From positions 450 to 64,449 of the forward strand of contig JADFYJ010000015.1 in assembly GCA_015233115.1 (NCBI GenBank): DNA of 64,000 bases, in the 5' to 3' direction. This document shows, piece after piece, positions 59,528 to 64,000 of the stretch (the stretch's first letter is position 1; each line of letters opens with the position of its first letter). The DNA is from Candidatus Omnitrophota bacterium. GTDB taxonomy: Bacteria; Omnitrophota; Gorgyraeia; Zapsychrales; Zapsychraceae. The notes beneath the pieces were generated by a model that searched no databases, was not told where the DNA came from, and was given only the letters and a program-made list of their open reading frames with translations. Made by a program: the position numbers and the translations under genes.

Positions 59528-59796
59528 AGATTCGGCCCTTGTAATTTCGAGTCACGCTCGGAAACTTCTTTCGTGTATTTCGCGTCCAAATCGCTCATTT
59601 TTTGTGTGTAGTCCGCGTAGGTAATTTCCTTTTTCAAATACTGGCTTTCCAGCACGTCACGCTCTTCTTTATATTGCTGAAAATGAGGATCTTTAATAAT
59701 TGATTTCGGATCATCAATATAATCGCTCAATTTTTTCCCCTGATAAGAACAACCTAAAACCGCCAACCCCAATAATAAAATCAACCAACGTTTCAT
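59524..59796 (-). CDS. Small lipoprotein
   Basis: 90 aa. MKRWLILLLGLAVLGCS lipobox. Confidence 0.55.
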   Translation of the reverse strand: MKRWLILLLGLAVLGCSYQGKKLSDYIDDPKSIIKDPHFQQYKEERDVLESQYLKKEITYADYTQKMSDLDAKYTKEVSERDSKLQGPNL

Positions 59797-59816
59797 ATGT
59801 GCTCCTTTGTGTTAAT

Positions 59817-60098
59817 TTTGATAGTAACCTAGTAACAAAGTAACCGAGTCAAAACAAAAACATTCAAAACTACCAACAAAATAATGACAAAATAAAAAAT
59901 TGAAAAAATCTTTAAACAAAAATTTATAAAAACCTATCAGCTAAAATTTTTTAAATATAATATTTTTCATCTTATAATTTATCGCTTGTAATTTCTCTCT
60001 ACTCCTTGCGACTTGCTGTTTTTTCTCTGTCATTTTATTACAATTCACCCAATCGCTTTTGCTCTGTCACTCGGTTACTCGGTTACTTTGTTACTTTT
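59817..60098. repeat. Family B inverted-repeat-flanked element, copy 3
   Basis: Arm ttgatagtaacctagtaacaaagtaaccgagtc. Complementary arm aatcgcttttgctctgtcactcggttactcggttactttgttac, which supplies the stop codon of the glycosyltransferase. Confidence 0.75.
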
Positions 60099-60831
60099 TT
60101 AGGCCCAGACCCAAATACACCAACGGTCTTAATATGCTCCACCAGCCGGTTAATGGTTTCATTTTAGTATAACCCAGTTTCTTAGAAGGATAAATTTTAG
60201 TCACTGGCGCTTCCGTAAATTTATACCCTAGCTTTAAAGTCTTAAACAATAAATACGGTTCTAATTCATATTTATCCAGCCATTCCTGATTGAGATTAAT
60301 CCGGGGATCATTTAAAATCGACAGCCGGAAAGCCCGGAATCCATTCGTCGTATCTGTCACTTTAACCCCCGTAATCACAGTCATTAAAAAAGGATGCAAT
60401 CTCGTCGCTAATTTTCGATAGAACGGCATATCGCCGCCGATCCCGTTTTTTCCTTTATAACGGGACCCTTGCACAAAATCGTATTGATCATTAACAATCG
60501 GATCAATCAATAGCGGGATCTGATCCGGATTGTCTTTATCGTTGCCTGCCATAATCACCAGAGCATCATATTGATTCTTTTGCGCGTAACGGATCACGGT
60601 ACGGATCGCCGCGCCCACGCCGCTGCGGTGGTCATGCCGTAAGGTCTTAACTCCTGATGCCGCGTAAGAACTGATCATTTCCGTCGTACCATCATCCGAA
60701 CAATCATCCATCACTAAATAGTCTACTCGTCCCCGTGCTGAACACTTTAGAAAACGTTTGATCGCATTCTCTAATTTCACATTCTCATTATACGCGATTG
60801 GACTCACTAATATTTTAAGCATCCGAAGCAA
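60091..60831 (-). CDS. Family 2 glycosyltransferase (dolichyl-phosphate mannosyltransferase-like)
   Basis: 246 aa. [15 protein letters not shown] with a DxD-type motif. Confidence 0.8.
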   Translation of the reverse strand: MLRMLKILVSPIAYNENVKLENAIKRFLKCSARGRVDYLVMDDCSDDGTTEMISSYAASGVKTLRHDHRSGVGAAIRTVIRYAQKNQYDALVIMAGNDKDNPDQIPLLIDPIVNDQYDFVQGSRYKGKNGIGGDMPFYRKLATRLHPFLMTVITGVKVTDTTNGFRAFRLSILNDPRINLNQEWLDKYELEPYLLFKTLKLGYKFTEAPVTKIYPSKKLGYTKMKPLTGWWSILRPLVYLGLGLKK

Positions 60832-61420
60832 CCTTCCCTTTTTCCATTTTATATTTCTTCCCGCATGGACATTTCAAGTCGGTATTTAATTTTCGTCCAC
60901 ACCGGCAAGCTAGGCCAACGATGCGCGCCGGATTGCCAACCACGATCGTGTAGGGAGGAACATCTTTGGTTGCCACAGCACCCGCGCCCACAAACGCATA
61001 TTCACCTACAGTGATCCCACACATGACAACCGCGTTCGCCCCTAAAGTCGCTCCTTTTTTCACCGAAGTTTTTTCCAGCGTCCATGCGTCTTCGCGATGA
61101 CTCCGGGGGCAACGGTCATTAATAAAGGCAATATTCGACCCAATAAAAACATCATCCTCAATAGTTACGCCGTCAAAAATCGAAACATTATGTTTAATCG
61201 TCACATGATCGCCGATGACCGCGCCGCGCTCAATAAATGACCCGTTACACACATTGCACTCCCGTCCGATAACCGCGCCTTTTTGGATATAAACATTAGC
61301 CCAAACCCGCGTCCCGTCACCAACGATCGCGCCATCATCAACCATAGCTTTCTCATGTTTAAAAAATCCCATACCGCTCCTAATTTTGCTAGTAACCATG
61401 TGACAATGTAGCAGTGTCAC
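60815..61420 (-). CDS. Hexapeptide-repeat sugar N-acetyltransferase (WbpD/PglD-like) with a C-terminal CxC...CxC zinc ribbon
   Basis: 201 aa. Left-handed beta-helix repeats. Tail [19 protein letters not shown]. Confidence 0.75.
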   Translation of the reverse strand: MTLLHCHMVTSKIRSGMGFFKHEKAMVDDGAIVGDGTRVWANVYIQKGAVIGRECNVCNGSFIERGAVIGDHVTIKHNVSIFDGVTIEDDVFIGSNIAFINDRCPRSHREDAWTLEKTSVKKGATLGANAVVMCGITVGEYAFVGAGAVATKDVPPYTIVVGNPARIVGLACRCGRKLNTDLKCPCGKKYKMEKGKVASDA

Positions 61421-62434
61421 TTATAAATTCACACATTCCCCTTTGGCATCCATTGACTTTTGAATGGCGATCAAAGTTTTGACAACGTCAGCGGCTTTTT
61501 GCGCATCAGCTTTCGACGGAGGATTATCTTTTGACATACATTCGATAAAATATTGCGCTTGCGCTTTTAATGGTTCATTCAAATTGATTTTCGGGATCAT
61601 AATACTCCCTACTTTAGATAAAAGCTGAAACTCTCCGTAAGTTTCATAAAAAGTATCCGTCTTTTCCACATGCTTATCATAAATCTTAACTGGACATTCA
61701 CTATCCAGATCATCCCAAACCAGCATTTTTTTATCGCCGACAATCGTGATCTGACGAACCTTACGCGGATCCAACCAGCTCACATGCAAATTAGCGACAA
61801 TATTATTCGGATATTCCAGAGTCGCGAAAGACAAGTCTTCTAGACGGCCGCCCAACACTTTATGTCCCCGGGCTGAAACGTTCACCGGACAATTATTAAA
61901 AAAATAATTAAAGATCGAAATATCATGCGGCGCAAGATCCCATAACGCATTCACATCATAACGGAAAGGTCCCAAATTGACGCGGGTCGCATAAGCATAA
62001 AAAATATTCCCCATATCTCCGGAATCAATGTAATCTTTGACCCAGGCAATCGTGGCGTTAAACACAAATACATGGCCGACCAGCAAGACCCGTTTTTGTT
62101 GTTCCGCTATTTTTTTTAAATCCTCGCATTCCGCGACCGTAACCGCCAAAGGCTTTTCACACAACACATGCTTATTTTTTAAAAGTGCCGCTTTCGCGAT
62201 TTCGTAATGACTTTTAGTGGGCGCCGCGATACAAACCCCGTCGATTTGAGGATTATTTAAAATTTCCTGATAATCTTTAACCGCTTGAATATTAGGATAT
62301 AATTGTTGGATGGCCTTCAGTCGATTCTCATCCAAATCCGCGCACATCAAAGAATTTGAATTAGGAAGCTGGTTAAAAATGCGGATATGATTAGGCCCCC
62401 AATGTCCGCACCCGATAACGCCCATGTTGACCAT
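61421..62434 (-). CDS. Gfo/Idh/MocA NAD-dependent sugar oxidoreductase (WbpB-like)
   Basis: 337 aa. Rossmann GCGHWG. Catalytic EKP. Confidence 0.8.
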   Translation of the reverse strand: MVNMGVIGCGHWGPNHIRIFNQLPNSNSLMCADLDENRLKAIQQLYPNIQAVKDYQEILNNPQIDGVCIAAPTKSHYEIAKAALLKNKHVLCEKPLAVTVAECEDLKKIAEQQKRVLLVGHVFVFNATIAWVKDYIDSGDMGNIFYAYATRVNLGPFRYDVNALWDLAPHDISIFNYFFNNCPVNVSARGHKVLGGRLEDLSFATLEYPNNIVANLHVSWLDPRKVRQITIVGDKKMLVWDDLDSECPVKIYDKHVEKTDTFYETYGEFQLLSKVGSIMIPKINLNEPLKAQAQYFIECMSKDNPPSKADAQKAADVVKTLIAIQKSMDAKGECVNL

Positions 62435-62455
62435 ATAAAAACCCTCTCAAAAGTT

Positions 62456-62770
62456 AGAGTACAAAGTACAGAGTACAAAGTACAGAGTATTGGTAAGTTA
62501 AACTGTCGTATTATATAGGTTTTAAGAGGGAATTAAAAGATTTTTGTTGAGGAAATGTTAGGTAATAATTTTGAAGTATGTCGGATGTAGTACGTGGTAT
62601 GTGGTGAAGAAAAAAACTTATATTTTAAATGTGCCCATAAGAAATAAATTACAAGCTTTAAAAATTCGTTATTGCTTATTAATTATTAATTTTTATCACC
62701 AACTGTGCTGATCCTGCCGAACCTGCGCTTGTTTTCTCTACATACGACGTACGACATACCACATACCGTT
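62456..62770. repeat. Composite element between greA and the oxidoreductase: family D arm plus family C inverted arms
   Basis: (agagtacaaagtac)n at 62456-62490. ggatgtagtacgtggtatgtggtg at 62583-62606 versus ctacatacgacgtacgacataccacatacc at 62738-62767. Confidence 0.7.
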
Positions 62771-62771
62771 T

Positions 62772-63242
62772 TCAAGGTCTGGCAATTTTCATAATTTTAT
62801 AACGTAAAATTCCGGCCGGAACTTTAATGGTAAGTTCTTCACCGACAGCATGGCCCATCAACGCTTTCCCGATAGGAGAGGTCATGGACAATTTATTTTC
62901 TTCGTAATTAGACTCTTCCGGAGAAACCATCATATAATGGAGATCTTCCTTTGTATCCAAGTCCTTCAAGTCAACGATCGCGCCAATAAAAATTTTATCA
63001 GAAGGGATATTCTGGTCTTCCACAATCCTGACACTCATCAATCTTTCTTCCAACTCTGAAATCCGTGCCGCGTTATGCGCCTGGGCGTCTTTGGCCGCGT
63101 CATATTCCGCATTCTCTGAAATATCTCCTTGCAAACGGGCTTCTTCAATCGCGTGAGCAATTTTTAAACGCTCCGATTTTAAAGCTTCCAGTTCTGCCAT
63201 AAATTTATGATAACCAGCCCTGGTTAAATATACTTCTGCCAT
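62772..63242 (-). CDS. greA: Transcription elongation factor GreA
   Basis: 156 aa. N-terminal coiled coil with DISENAEYDAAKD. C-terminal FKBP-like domain. Confidence 0.9.
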   Translation of the reverse strand: MAEVYLTRAGYHKFMAELEALKSERLKIAHAIEEARLQGDISENAEYDAAKDAQAHNAARISELEERLMSVRIVEDQNIPSDKIFIGAIVDLKDLDTKEDLHYMMVSPEESNYEENKLSMTSPIGKALMGHAVGEELTIKVPAGILRYKIMKIARP

Positions 63243-63265
63243 TTCATCTTCTCCTTATTTGAACA

Positions 63266-63296
63266 GAAAAAAGCGCGAAGCAATTTCGCGCTTTTT
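63266..63296 (-). terminator. Rho-independent terminator downstream of the 63349-63582 gene
   Basis: aaaaagcgcgaagcaatttcgcgcttttt: a GC stem with a T-run on the minus strand (A-run on plus). Confidence 0.6.
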
Positions 63297-63348
63297 ACTG
63301 ATCTATCACCTATCTCTTCTCACATATCACATTACAAAATTTTAAAAA

Positions 63349-63582
63349 TTACATTTGACCTACGGCCTTTTGCATTAAAGGCAAAACAGCTTCAGTTTCA
63401 TCTTTAGTCATACGGCCTAATTTAGCAAACCGCCATTCACCTTCAGCTGTTTGATTTTCACGAGATAATTGCAATTTCTTAGCGCCTTCATTATAAGAAA
63501 AAACGCCGACTGTCACTCGGGTATCACCTAATTCAATAATCTCTTTAAATACTGACACATCTTTTGCTGGTTCGTAAGGCAT
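63349..63582 (-). CDS. Small hypothetical protein (possible PC4/YdbC-like fold)
   Basis: 77 aa. RVTVGVFSYNEGAKKLQLSRENQTAEGEWRFAKLGRMTKDE. Weak resemblance only. Confidence 0.35.
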   Translation of the reverse strand: MPYEPAKDVSVFKEIIELGDTRVTVGVFSYNEGAKKLQLSRENQTAEGEWRFAKLGRMTKDETEAVLPLMQKAVGQM

Positions 63583-63612
63583 GTTATTCTCCTTTATTGA
63601 TATTATATTTTC

Positions 63613-63700
63613 TGGTTGATAGTTGATGGTTTTTGGTTTTTAGAAAAATGTTTTATTTCAATAACCAACAACTAGCAACTAAAAACCACCAACCAAAAAC
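63613..63700. repeat. Family A element between ybaB and the downstream small gene
   Basis: tggttgatagttgatggtttttggtttttagaaaaatg...ataaccaacaactagcaactaaaaaccaccaaccaaaaacc. Confidence 0.75.
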
Positions 63701-63725
63701 CCGCGCATAAAAAATTATGCCGCGT
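63695..63725 (-). terminator. Hairpin plus T-run immediately after the ybaB stop
   Basis: Minus strand: CGCGGCATAATTTTTTATGCGCGGGTTTTTGG. Confidence 0.45.
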
Positions 63726-64000
63726 TTAAAATCCCGGCAGTCCCGGCATGAGCGCGCGCATTTTTTCAGCGGCTACGCCTTGAGATTTTTTCACCGCACC
63801 GTTAAAACTCCGCATCAAATCTTTTTGAAGCCGGTCTTTATTTTTTTCGCCTAACATAGCCGAATCTATATCAATGGCTTTTATAGACTGCGCGCCATTC
63901 ATGGTAATCTTAATTCCGCGCACTTCTTCACATTGCACATCCGTCGCTTCCAGCTCGCGCTTGATGCGATCCGCTTGATTCTTCATCTCCATCAATTCTT
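63726..64000 (-). CDS. ybaB: Nucleoid-associated protein YbaB/EbfC, N-terminally truncated by the window end
   Basis: NGAQSIKAIDIDSAML...RALMPGLPGF, a typical YbaB C-terminus. The first ~15 codons lie beyond the window. Confidence 0.75.
   Translation of the reverse strand, partial: ELMEMKNQADRIKRELEATDVQCEEVRGIKITMNGAQSIKAIDIDSAMLGEKNKDRLQKDLMRSFNGAVKKSQGVAAEKMRALMPGLPGF

Overview
This 64 kb window is an AT-rich chromosomal segment of a Gram-negative bacterium. Almost every gene lies on the minus strand. It carries conserved housekeeping blocks in recognisable order: cysK/metY sulfur assimilation; the bamA-skp-lpxD-lpxC/fabZ-lpxA-lpxI outer-membrane/lipid A cluster; rpsF-ssb-rpsR-rplI-dnaB; and ispE-spoVG-glmU-prs-rplY-pth. 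Between them sit accessory regions. The most striking feature is an 11.6 kb ORF encoding a 3871-aa secreted protein. Its C-terminal half consists of at least four tandem ~370-500 aa modules, each with a twin-arginine-signal-like SRRxFLK plus hydrophobic motif. A ParE-like toxin/antitoxin pair lies upstream of it and a VapBC pair downstream. The second major observation is a genome-wide intergenic architecture that I cannot assign to a known element. At least four families of short-period (7-8 nt) oligo-repeat arms are arranged as inverted repeats around ~200-250 bp AT-rich cores. The G/T-rich arm abuts the stop codon of the upstream gene and the C/A-rich arm occupies the 5' leader of the downstream gene. 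They occur roughly 15 times in the window, including inside conserved operons. Other items: a tRNA-Gln followed by duplicated hairpins and a GIY-YIG gene; SpoVG with an inserted zinc ribbon; three two-component modules; a 49-bp tandem repeat; and a WbpB/WbpD-like sugar-modification trio. All calls rest on motifs read by eye from the translations; no database searches were possible.
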